Shown: one piece after another, positions 30,969 to 38,331 of the stretch | How positions within the stretch are numbered: the first letter of the stretch is position 1 | Layout of the letters: every line of letters begins with the position of its first letter | Program-made: the position numbers and the translations under genes | NCBI GenBank assembly: GCA_035504455.1 | Contig: DATJRU010000158.1 | Coordinates: 5,600 to 69,599 of the forward strand | Direction: 5' to 3' | DNA from: Vulcanimicrobiaceae bacterium | GTDB lineage: Bacteria; Acidobacteriota; Terriglobia; Acidiferrales; UBA7541 | Length of the DNA: 64,000 nucleotides | Notes under the pieces: model-generated | What the model was told of the DNA's origin: nothing | Seen by the model: the letters and a program-made list of their open reading frames with translations, nothing else | Database searches by the model: none

Positions 30969-31045
30969 TCTAATCGACACTGCGTCGATTAGAATTGGCC
31001 GCAAATCGCTGAAACAAAAGGAAAGGCGCGCCGTCTAATCGACAC
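30969..31045. promoter_or_regulatory. operator-like palindrome plus repeated 12-mer upstream of the ypdA-like gene
   Basis: CTAATCGAC-acTGC-GTCGATTAG is a perfect 9-bp inverted repeat (30970-30992). The 12-mer TCTAATCGACAC occurs at 30969-30980 and again at 31034-31045. Confidence 0.4.
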
Positions 31046-31057
31046 ACCGACGAGACC

Positions 31058-32191
31058 TTGGCGAGGACGGAATTGAAGACGAATCAGGAGTCACGAATCA
31101 CGAATCACGAGTCGCGCGCGGCAGGTCACGAGTCACGTGCCGCAAGCCACGAATCGCAAGCCGCCGAATCGCGGCCCTACGACGTCCTCTGCATCGGCGC
31201 CGGCCCGACCGGCCTCGCCTGCGCGATCGAGGCCAAGCGCGCGGGCATGACCGCGCTCGTCATCGACAAGGGCTGCCTCTGCAATTCCCTCGAGCACTAT
31301 CCGACGAACATGCTCTTCTTCACCACGCCCGAGCGCATGGAAATCGGCGACCTCCCGATGACTACTGCCGGCGGCAAGCCCACCCGCGCAGAAGCCCTCA
31401 AATACTACCGACGCGCCGTCGAACACTACGGAGTCGACACGCGGCTTTACGAAACGGTAGGACAGATCGACGGCGAAGAAGGCAGGTTCGTTGTGCACAC
31501 CCGATCCGCGCGCGACGGTGCAAAGCACACGTACCGCGCGGGCAAGATCGTAATCGCCACCGGCTACTACGATTTGCCGAACTTTCTGGGCGTTCCCGGC
31601 GAGGAACTACCGAGCGTCTCGCACTACTACACGGACGCGCATCCGTATTGGAACCAGGACGTCGTTGTGGTCGGCGGCAAGAACTCTGCGGCTGAGGCCG
31701 CGCTCGATCTTTTTCGTGCGGGCGCCCGCGTCACGCTGATTCACCGCGACGCCGAGCTCGGCAAGAACCTCAAATTCTGGGTGAAGCCCGACATCGAGAA
31801 TCGCATTCGCGCCGGCGAGATCCAGGCGATCTTCAAGACGCACATCACACGGATCGAGCCGACGCAAGTCTGGGTGAAGAATTCCTCGAGCCAAGAGAAA
31901 GCGATTCCGGCCGTCCAGGTTTTCGCGATGACGGGCTATCACCCGGATTTTGAGTTCCTCGAGCGGCAGGGAATCAAGCTCGACCGGCAGACGCGTCGCC
32001 CGCAGTGCGACCCCGAGACCTTGGAAACCAACGTGCCCGGCATCTATGTCGCGGGCGTCGTTGTCGGCGGCCTGCAAACCGGCGACATCTTCATCGAAAA
32101 TGGCCGCTTTCACGGCCGCCAGATCGTCGCCGCCATGGCCGGCAAAGGACGCATTACCGAGGCGGCCCCCGTCGCGCCCCCCGGCGAATGA
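31058..32191 (+). CDS. ypdA: YpdA-family FAD-dependent (bacillithiol) disulfide reductase-like protein with repeat-encoded N-terminal extension
   Basis: YDVLCIGAGPTGLACAIEAKRAG, HYPTNMLFFTTPERMEIGD, ATGYYDLPN, VVGGKNSAAEAALDL and IFIENGRFHG match my memory of YpdA-type reductases. The only in-frame starts are the TTG codons at 31058 and 31073, so the HES-repeat leader appears to be translated. Confidence 0.75.
   Translation: MARTELKTNQESRITNHESRAAGHESRAASHESQAAESRPYDVLCIGAGPTGLACAIEAKRAGMTALVIDKGCLCNSLEHYPTNMLFFTTPERMEIGDLPMTTAGGKPTRAEALKYYRRAVEHYGVDTRLYETVGQIDGEEGRFVVHTRSARDGAKHTYRAGKIVIATGYYDLPNFLGVPGEELPSVSHYYTDAHPYWNQDVVVVGGKNSAAEAALDLFRAGARVTLIHRDAELGKNLKFWVKPDIENRIRAGEIQAIFKTHITRIEPTQVWVKNSSSQEKAIPAVQVFAMTGYHPDFEFLERQGIKLDRQTRRPQCDPETLETNVPGIYVAGVVVGGLQTGDIFIENGRFHGRQIVAAMAGKGRITEAAPVAPPGE
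31092..31168 (+). repeat. tandem repeats (2 x 7 nt CACGAAT, then 3 x 21 nt) inside the 5' end of the ypdA-like ORF
   Basis: CACGAAT occurs twice (31092-31105). Then come the 21-mers CACGAGTCGCGCGCGGCAGGT, CACGAGTCACGTGCCGCAAGC and CACGAATCGCAAGCCGCCGAA, in frame, encoding HESRAAG/HESRAAS/HESQAAE. Confidence 0.85.
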
Positions 32192-32238
32192 ATCATCGTC
32201 GCCGCCGTCGAAGATCTGTGGTCGGGCGCAGGCTCTTA

Positions 32239-32286
32239 GCGGATGCGCGAAGGACGACGGTTCTCGGATGGAAGTGTGAAGCTTTC
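32239..32286. repeat. dispersed GC-rich repeat, family member 1
   Basis: GCGGATGCGCGAAGGACGACGGTTCTCGGATGGAAGTGTGAAGCTTTC aligns with the copies at 38054-38100 and 38184-38230. Confidence 0.75.
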
Positions 32287-32524
32287 CTGTGCTGAAGGAA
32301 GTCGAAGGAGCCTCACGGAAAAGCGACCCGAAGCTTCGGCTTCAGCCGCGGGCTTTGGGCCTTAGGGGGTCGGACCTTCAGGTCCGACATTGAATGACCA
32401 GGCGGTGCCCGCTCCGCTGCGCAGCCTCACCGGCGGCATGGAGTGGTACAGGCCCAGCAACTGGCGCTCCGGAAATTGAAAACAAAAGCGCCGCAAAATT
32501 TGTTAAAGTAAGGGTCGACAGCCG

Positions 32525-33007
32525 ATGCCATCGATCGTAGGAGAAGTCGCCGAAACGTTCGTGACCCTCGTAAAGGGCTTCAGCGTAACTTTGCGCGCGA
32601 TGTTCAGCAAAACTACGACGGAGAACTTTCCTCAGACCGCGCCGACCGTCCAGCCCCGCTATCGCGGCATCCACGTCCTGCAGCGCGACGAAAACGGCTT
32701 GGAAAAGTGCGTAGGCTGCTTCCTGTGCGCTGCTGCTTGCCCCGCGAATTGCATCTACATTGAGGCCGCGGAGAATACCGAATCGCAGCGCATCTCCGCG
32801 GGCGAGCGCTACGCGAAAGCCTACAACATCGATTACTCGCGCTGCATCTTCTGCGGATATTGCGTCGAGGCTTGTCCCACTGACGCGATCACCCACGGCC
32901 ACAGCATCGAACTCGCCCCCTACGACATCAACGCCTTGATCTACCGCAAAGAACAACTCCTAGAACCGTGGCCCCCCCGCGGCGTCGCCGCCCCCAAGCC
33001 CAGCTAA
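32525..33007 (+). CDS. nuoI: NADH-quinone oxidoreductase subunit I (2x[4Fe-4S] ferredoxin-type)
   Basis: 160 aa. YRGIHVLQRDENGLEKCVGCFLCAAACPANCIYIE and YSRCIFCGYCVEACPTDAI. No other nuo genes are in the window. Confidence 0.85.
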   Translation: MPSIVGEVAETFVTLVKGFSVTLRAMFSKTTTENFPQTAPTVQPRYRGIHVLQRDENGLEKCVGCFLCAAACPANCIYIEAAENTESQRISAGERYAKAYNIDYSRCIFCGYCVEACPTDAITHGHSIELAPYDINALIYRKEQLLEPWPPRGVAAPKPS

Positions 33008-33239
33008 CCCGCCAAGCCGAAGTTCCGCATTCCGTTCTCGCCACTCGAACTCGCTCACACAAAAAACTTCCGGCGCGCGACTCGTTCCGTGAAACGCGGC
33101 GCGCCAACGCCGCCCCGCTGCATCCTCGCGTGGCCCCTCGCTATCGGCCTCCGCCCCCGCCACACACACCCCGTCCCAAGCCACTGCACCCGCTCCAGCT
33201 AGTCCTACCGCCCTTCTAATGAATAGCTTGTCCTCGGTT

Positions 33240-34330
33240 GGCCGTTCAATACTCCTTATTCGAAGTCCGCTTCACAAGGAGTCCTACTTGGGGGGCGAGT
33301 CATGAATTGCGTGAAAGAACTATGTTGTCTCGCCTGCGCGATAGGCGAATCGGTTTCACGGAGCTACATCGATAAGCCAAAGGTGCGTGGCCGACGCGCG
33401 CAGACGGCACTCAGACTCTCTTCTGGGGCGAGTCGAGAGTACGTCGTCATCCGACCAAACGTCCTTCGAGGGAAATCTGGAAGCTGACACGAATTCAGAA
33501 ACGTAGTTTGACAGCACGCGTCATTGGCTCAACGAGCTTTTCGCAGTCACGCAGCCGCGCACCGGTTCCCCTTTCAGTACGGGCGGGGAGTTTATTTGGC
33601 ACCAGAGAGTGTGACAGGCACTTCGCTGCTAACGAAGTGGAGATACATGCAGGCAATCGAAATCGTCGTTTGTGCCACCCTAATAGAACGAGCACACCCT
33701 GTGCTCCGAAAGTCGGGCCTGCTTTTGGACGGGTGCCGCGATATCCTTCGCGCCGTAGAGCCGCACAATTGTTCGCCCACCCCCAACCACAGCCTTGCTC
33801 AGTGCTCGAAGAATCTTCGCCCGCAATCTCGTTGTCGTAGCGCGATCCGAACACTTCAGTGTCCTCGGTTGCAGCAAAAACGAAGTTCAAATCATCTCGT
33901 CGTATTGCAACGTAACACTCGAACCGAACGAGGATCGCCATGCTTTTTCGCGCTTGATCCTGCGAAGAACTGCAAAACAGCGGCAACTAGAACATTTTGG
34001 CTTCTGGGTGCCGACACTGAACCGACAAGCGGAAGAATCCAACACCAACTTCCGCCTCGACCCAATGATCGACGACTGTGGACATCTTCCTTCGCTGGCT
34101 TGCGCTGTAGTTCATATGTGAAATTCGAAACGCTTCCGTACTCGGCTCTGAACAACCTGTGAGGTATTCGAGCGCACGACGACCGTCGCGCATGGGCTGC
34201 CTCCGTTGTTTTGCTGAACCCTGAGAGAGGGAAAGCGAAGTCGCGGGTACATAACTATAGCGACAATAATAGTAAATAGTACTTACATGGTACTGGACAG
34301 CGCGGCTGAACCTGTTGCGGTCGACGAATC
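33240..34330. other. AT-richer segment with no convincing ORFs (degraded gene or non-coding RNA locus, unresolved)
   Basis: Hand counts on several 60-nt lines give roughly half G+C, against clearly higher values in flanking genes. Only short overlapping ORFs appear in several frames. One 232-codon minus-strand frame (33495-34193) is open apart from a single TAG at 33987-33989. Confidence 0.4.
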
Positions 34331-34345
34331 AGGAGGTGCATTTCA

Positions 34346-34741
34346 ATGAGTCTGCGTCTGAAGTTGCGGATGGAAGCAGGGCACGGAATCGCGGTTCCAC
34401 CCGGGTGGCGCATGGCGTGGTACGAACCCCAGCGCCGGGTCGGAGTCTACTATCCGGCGCCCCTGCACTGGATAGTCCGTGTCTTACGTGAATCTGCGTA
34501 CCGCCTTCGCATTGCCATCCGCGCCCCTCGCATGGAACGCGCAAACTTGCTCGCGATGCATCGCGCCCATTGCGAACGCCAACGTCTCGCGGACGAATAC
34601 GCGCGCGGCTATCTCGCTGGCTGGCACGAATGCTTTCACACCTGCCTGGAAGCCGTCGAGCAAGAAATCTCACGTGCCGACAAGGTTTGGGACGTCGGCG
34701 ATCTGCTGGCAGGCACACCAAGATCCTCCGGGGACAACTGA
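34346..34741 (+). CDS. hypothetical protein (small, island-associated)
   Basis: 131 aa. ATG preceded by AGGAGG. An AT-rich upstream region carries the tandem AATAGTA AATAGTA and a short palindrome. No family recognised. Confidence 0.5.
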   Translation: MSLRLKLRMEAGHGIAVPPGWRMAWYEPQRRVGVYYPAPLHWIVRVLRESAYRLRIAIRAPRMERANLLAMHRAHCERQRLADEYARGYLAGWHECFHTCLEAVEQEISRADKVWDVGDLLAGTPRSSGDN

Positions 34742-34805
34742 CCGAACGTTCCGACCTTCCCCGTCCGGCCACTCGGCTCTTATCGGCGATTCCATGGGAG
34801 GTGCT

Positions 34806-35321
34806 ATGAAGCCTGTCGAGGTTTTTGACGCCTGCTACACCCGCTATCGCGGCCTGCGCGAGTGGCTAAAGGACTCCTCATCCTCGGTTCGGGCCCTCAA
34901 CCTCGATACGCCCTCCACCGGCTACCAATGGCGTCCGACGCGCGCCCGCGCCTGCGAATACGTCGCGGACTTTGAGCGCATCGGCCGTCACGCGCTACGG
35001 CGTCCCGAATGGAAGGGCCGTCTCAACCTCTTCCGCACCTACTTCGTCCAGGGCGTTGATTATCAGCAGTCCGTCAGACTCGTGGGAGTCTCGGAGGGCA
35101 CCTTTGATTACTGGTTTGCTCAGGTCAAGCGTACGCTCGGCAGAGAGTTTTCCCGCACAGGTCTTTTCCCGCCGGCTGACTATTTCCGATCTCGCGCGTC
35201 AGCGACGGCGGAACGGTATCTCCCGGCCTCTGTCGCGATCGCGGCTTCCTGCGAAGAGGCTCCTCAGCAGCGGGATCCCCAAATTGAACGGAACAGTTAC
35301 CAAGTTCTTCAGCAGGGTTGA
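34806..35321 (+). CDS. hypothetical regulator with sigma-70 region-4-like helix-turn-helix
   Basis: From ORF 34479..35321. The ATG at 34806 follows GGAGG (alternative start 34794). LNLFRTYFVQGVDYQQSVRLVGVSEGTFDYWFAQVKRTLGREF resembles region 4 / a phage-type HTH. The 3' end overlaps the convergent zinc-ribbon ORF. Confidence 0.45.
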   Translation: MKPVEVFDACYTRYRGLREWLKDSSSSVRALNLDTPSTGYQWRPTRARACEYVADFERIGRHALRRPEWKGRLNLFRTYFVQGVDYQQSVRLVGVSEGTFDYWFAQVKRTLGREFSRTGLFPPADYFRSRASATAERYLPASVAIAASCEEAPQQRDPQIERNSYQVLQQG

Positions 35322-35540
35322 TCGCCGCTCCTGCCTTTCCTGAACGGCGTCCGACTTGGCCTGCTTGGTCGCGACGACCGCGACAATGTATTTCAGGAAA
35401 TCGACGCCACACTTGTCACAAGTGCCTCCGTGCCGCTGTTCGTGTTTGCACGCGGGGCACGCATAGCGCAAGGTCGCGTGACACTTGCGGCAGAAGCGTG
35501 CGATATCGCGGACCTCGGCGCCGCACTTAGGGCAATCCAT
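35199..35540 (-). CDS. double zinc-ribbon protein with hydrophobic C-terminal tail
   Basis: MDCPKCGAEVRDIARFCRKCHATLRYACPACKHEQRHGGTCDKCG carries four CxxC pairs. The C-terminal end point is uncertain because of a 123-nt overlap with the + strand ORF. Confidence 0.55.
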   Translation of the reverse strand: MDCPKCGAEVRDIARFCRKCHATLRYACPACKHEQRHGGTCDKCGVDFLKYIVAVVATKQAKSDAVQERQERRSTLLKNLVTVPFNLGIPLLRSLFAGSRDRDRGREIPFRRR

Positions 35541-35671
35541 CCACTGATTTTAGCGTCGTTGTCGCGTCCAGCCGCTCAACGTAGGCGGGTTTGCGCCCAC
35601 ACGGTTACCCTGTACGGTTGGGCAGGGACATTGTCCGGCGGGCGGCCGTCACTCTCGCATTCAGCTCGAGC

Positions 35672-36658
35672 TTAACGCGCGAAGCGGATTCGCTGTTGCG
35701 CGAGCTTCTTGCTGGCGCTGGGGCCGCTGCAGGGTCTCCGCTTCGGGTCCGCCGGTCGCGGTGGAGCGGTCGCTGCTTTCGCTTGTGGCGGGGGCGCCAG
35801 CAGCCGCACCACGTGCCCGAGCCGTTCCTGCCGGTAAGGCTTCGCCATGCAGACGATCGCCCCAAGCGAATGTGCGTTCGCGTAATCGCTCGGATAAGCC
35901 GACCGGGTCATCAGCATCACCGGCACTGTCCGCAACCGCGGCGTCGCCTTCACGTGAGCGCACAGGTCGTATCCGGGCAGGTCGTCGCCCTCGATTTCCG
36001 CGATCAAGAGCGCGGGCGTATGCGCGTCTAGCACGTCGCGCGCCTCGCGCCCCGTTCCCACGGCAATCACGTCGTAGCCCTCGTTCTGTAGATAAGTCTT
36101 CAAGCACGCGCGCAACGCCGGGTCCGCGTCCATCACCAATACGAGAGGCCGAGTCGACCCTGCCGCCGGCACATAGTCTGTCCAGGTTGCTTTCTTCCCC
36201 AGCTTGTGTCCCCCGGAATCGACCATCTCCGCTTCCTTGCAGGCGCTGAACGCCACCGCCACGGCGCGGCGGCCGTCTCCCATGTCGCTTACGCGCGCCA
36301 CTAGGCCCATCTGTTCGGCCTGAATCGCCACCAGCGATTTGCTGTACGGGAACGTCACCGCCACTTCCATGCCAGCCTCAAACGCGCCTGCTGCGCTCGT
36401 GAAAAGGATTCCCGCGCGCGACACGTCCAGCGTCATCGAAATCTCATCGGGACCGTCTGTGGTGACGTCAAGCCTGCGCACGCGAACTGGCGCCGAAATC
36501 ATCGCGCGGCGGCGGCTGCGGCGCTCTCGCGCGGGCGCCTCTTGCCCGCTATTCCCGCTCGCGGAGTCGCCACTCGGCCCGTGGAAGCGCGGCTCGCCCT
36601 GTACCGCTCGGGCCTCGTCCGGCCGGTTCTCTGCGTTTGAATCGAACCGGTTACTCAT
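35672..36658 (-). CDS. PilZ domain + CheY-like receiver (Glu at phospho-acceptor position) protein, copy 1
   Basis: From ORF 35672..36832. The Met at 36658 (MSNRFDS) follows GAGGAGG. PilZ signatures RRSRRR...DVSRAG. Receiver LVLVMDAD...ALLIAEIEGDDLPGYDL...VMLMTRS...VCMAKP. Confidence 0.75.
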   Translation of the reverse strand: MSNRFDSNAENRPDEARAVQGEPRFHGPSGDSASGNSGQEAPARERRSRRRAMISAPVRVRRLDVTTDGPDEISMTLDVSRAGILFTSAAGAFEAGMEVAVTFPYSKSLVAIQAEQMGLVARVSDMGDGRRAVAVAFSACKEAEMVDSGGHKLGKKATWTDYVPAAGSTRPLVLVMDADPALRACLKTYLQNEGYDVIAVGTGREARDVLDAHTPALLIAEIEGDDLPGYDLCAHVKATPRLRTVPVMLMTRSAYPSDYANAHSLGAIVCMAKPYRQERLGHVVRLLAPPPQAKAATAPPRPADPKRRPCSGPSASKKLAQQRIRFAR

Positions 36659-36920
36659 GACCTTTCGAACCTCCTCAGAATGGCTGTCGATGAAAGCTAA
36701 AAGTAGCGGATTCCGCTGCATACACGCACTAGAAGGAAAGTCACATCTTGGGCAGTACCGTCGTGGGACTCGCCTTCGGTACTTTAGTACTCTGGGAATC
36801 GCTTTCGTCCGTCGGTAACTATTCCGAGCCATAGCTGGCCGGTCTTACCGCAGCGCGAATCCTGACGCGTCGAACACCTCAGCGCGTGGTGATTCCGCCG
36901 CCCCTTGGTTAGAATGAGCC

Positions 36921-37964
36921 ATGGGTTCCGTGGAAGCCGGCAAGTCCTATCGACTGTCAGTCCTCGACCTCTCCCCGGTACCCACGGGTTCCTCGAGCCG
37001 TGAGGCCCTCCAAAACACGCTTGATCTGGCGCGCTTTGCCGAGAATCTCGGCTACAATCGCTACTGGCTCGCCGAGCATCACAACACCCCTCTGATCGCC
37101 AGTTCCGCCCCCGAGGTCATGATCGGCCACGTTGCGGACGTCACTCGCCGCATTCGCGTCGGCTCGGGCGGCGTGATGCTGCCCAACCAGGCGCCCCTGC
37201 GCGTCGCTGAAAGCTTTCGCGTGCTCGAGGCGCTCCACCCAGGGCGCGTCGACCTCGGCATTGGCCGCGCGCCCGGTACCGACCCCATCACCACTCTCGC
37301 ACTCCGCCGCTCCCGCGAAGCCATGGGTGCCGACGATTTTCCCGTCCGCCTCGAAGAACTCCTCGGCTTCCTCGACGGCGAATTCCCCGAAAACCACCCC
37401 TTCCAGCGCATCCGCGCCATGCCGGACGACGTCCCCATGCCCGAAGTCTGGCTCCTCGGCACCAGCGACTTCTCAGCGCAACTGGCGGCCATGCTAGGCC
37501 TTCGTTACGCCTACGCCCACCACATCGTGCCCGAAAGCGCGCTTACGTCCCTCCGCATCTATCGCGAAAACTTCAAGCCGTCGGCGCATCTCGCTGCGCC
37601 CGAGGCCCTCTTGTGCATGTCGGTTCTCTGCGCCGACACCGACGCGCGCGCCGCCGAACTCGCCCGCCCCATGGAACTCACGCTCCTTCGCTTCCGGCAG
37701 GGACGAATGTCCCGCTTCCCGAGCGTCGCCGAAGCCACCGACTACCCTTACACGCCCGACGAGCGCTACATCATCGCCGCCAGCCGCGAGCGCTTCTTCG
37801 CCGGCTCCCCCGAGGCCGTCCGCAAGCACATCACCGCATTCGCCGACCGCGCCGGCGTCTCCGAAATCATGATCACCGCTATGACCCACGAACACGCGGA
37901 CCGCCGCCGCTCCTACGAACTCCTCGCCCAAGCCTTCTCGCCGCACCGTCAGGCTCCCGCCTAG
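36921..37964 (+). CDS. LLM-class (luciferase-like) flavin-dependent oxidoreductase
   Basis: 347 aa. YRLSVLDLSPVP...LARFAENLGYNRYWLAEHHN...GSGGVMLPNQAPLRVAE is typical of this family. Confidence 0.85.
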   Translation: MGSVEAGKSYRLSVLDLSPVPTGSSSREALQNTLDLARFAENLGYNRYWLAEHHNTPLIASSAPEVMIGHVADVTRRIRVGSGGVMLPNQAPLRVAESFRVLEALHPGRVDLGIGRAPGTDPITTLALRRSREAMGADDFPVRLEELLGFLDGEFPENHPFQRIRAMPDDVPMPEVWLLGTSDFSAQLAAMLGLRYAYAHHIVPESALTSLRIYRENFKPSAHLAAPEALLCMSVLCADTDARAAELARPMELTLLRFRQGRMSRFPSVAEATDYPYTPDERYIIAASRERFFAGSPEAVRKHITAFADRAGVSEIMITAMTHEHADRRRSYELLAQAFSPHRQAPA

Positions 37965-38013
37965 AACTTAAAAGCTGACTAGCAATTTCATAAATGCCCC
38001 TCAGGGGAGCGGA

Positions 38014-38270
38014 GCTTCAGAGTCTGTGTGGGAACGAAGCGCTCGGGTTCTTCGTGGATGCGCGAATGCGCGGCGGTTACCGGCGGAAGCGTAAGGCTTC
38101 CGAGTCTGTGTGAGAACGCAATTGGTTAGGTCGGTCGTGGGGTTAATTGAGGCCGCGGGTTTGCGTGCACGCACGGGGCCTGAGTGGATGCGCGAAGCGC
38201 GACGGTTTTCAGGTGGAAGCGTGAGGCTTCAGCCTCGCGGAGAATGCGACAAGAAATGGGGCTTTCAGCC
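38014..38270. repeat. cluster of degenerate tandem/dispersed GC-rich repeats
   Basis: GCTTC(A/C)GAGTCTGTGTG(G/A)GAACG occurs at 38014-38036 and 38096-38118. GTGGATGCGCGAA..CG.CGGTT..C.G..GGAAGCGT.AGGCTTC occurs at 38054-38100 and 38184-38230. GGCTTTCAGCC occurs at 38260-38270. Confidence 0.8.
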
Positions 38271-38331
38271 CCGGGGTCTCGCCTTAAGCACTGGTCGGCG
38301 GGAAAAAATCCTCACCCAGCAGCCGAACGGT

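Noticed and set aside
30651-31010. Possible degraded higB toxin gene upstream of higA.
   Set aside because: I translated all three minus-strand frames. Only vague resemblances to the HigB pattern appear (an L.AL..GR.G-like stretch, and an ..EHH ending at the higA ATG), with wrong spacing and no continuous frame. That is too weak to annotate as a pseudogene without a frameshift-tolerant search.
34040-34060. Looked for a second copy of the tRNA-Sec 3' end (att-type duplication) to delimit an island.
   Set aside because: By eye the only thing found was an 8-nt match (CTTCCGCC near 34048), which is expected by chance. The island boundaries therefore remain undefined, and a computational search of the whole genome is needed.
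33302-34193. Individual short ORFs in the AT-richer stretch (33302..33487 +, 33495..33986 -, 33524..34162 +, 33795..34121 +, 33987..34193 -).
   Set aside because: They overlap one another in different frames. None has a convincing RBS or a recognisable domain. Calling any one as a CDS would be arbitrary, so the whole stretch is reported as unresolved.
38014-38270. Could the repeats at 38.0-38.3 kb be a CRISPR array?
   Set aside because: The units are degenerate, of two interleaved types, irregularly spaced (about 80-130 nt), and related copies occur singly elsewhere (32239). No cas genes are in the window. They behave like REP/MITE-type repeats.
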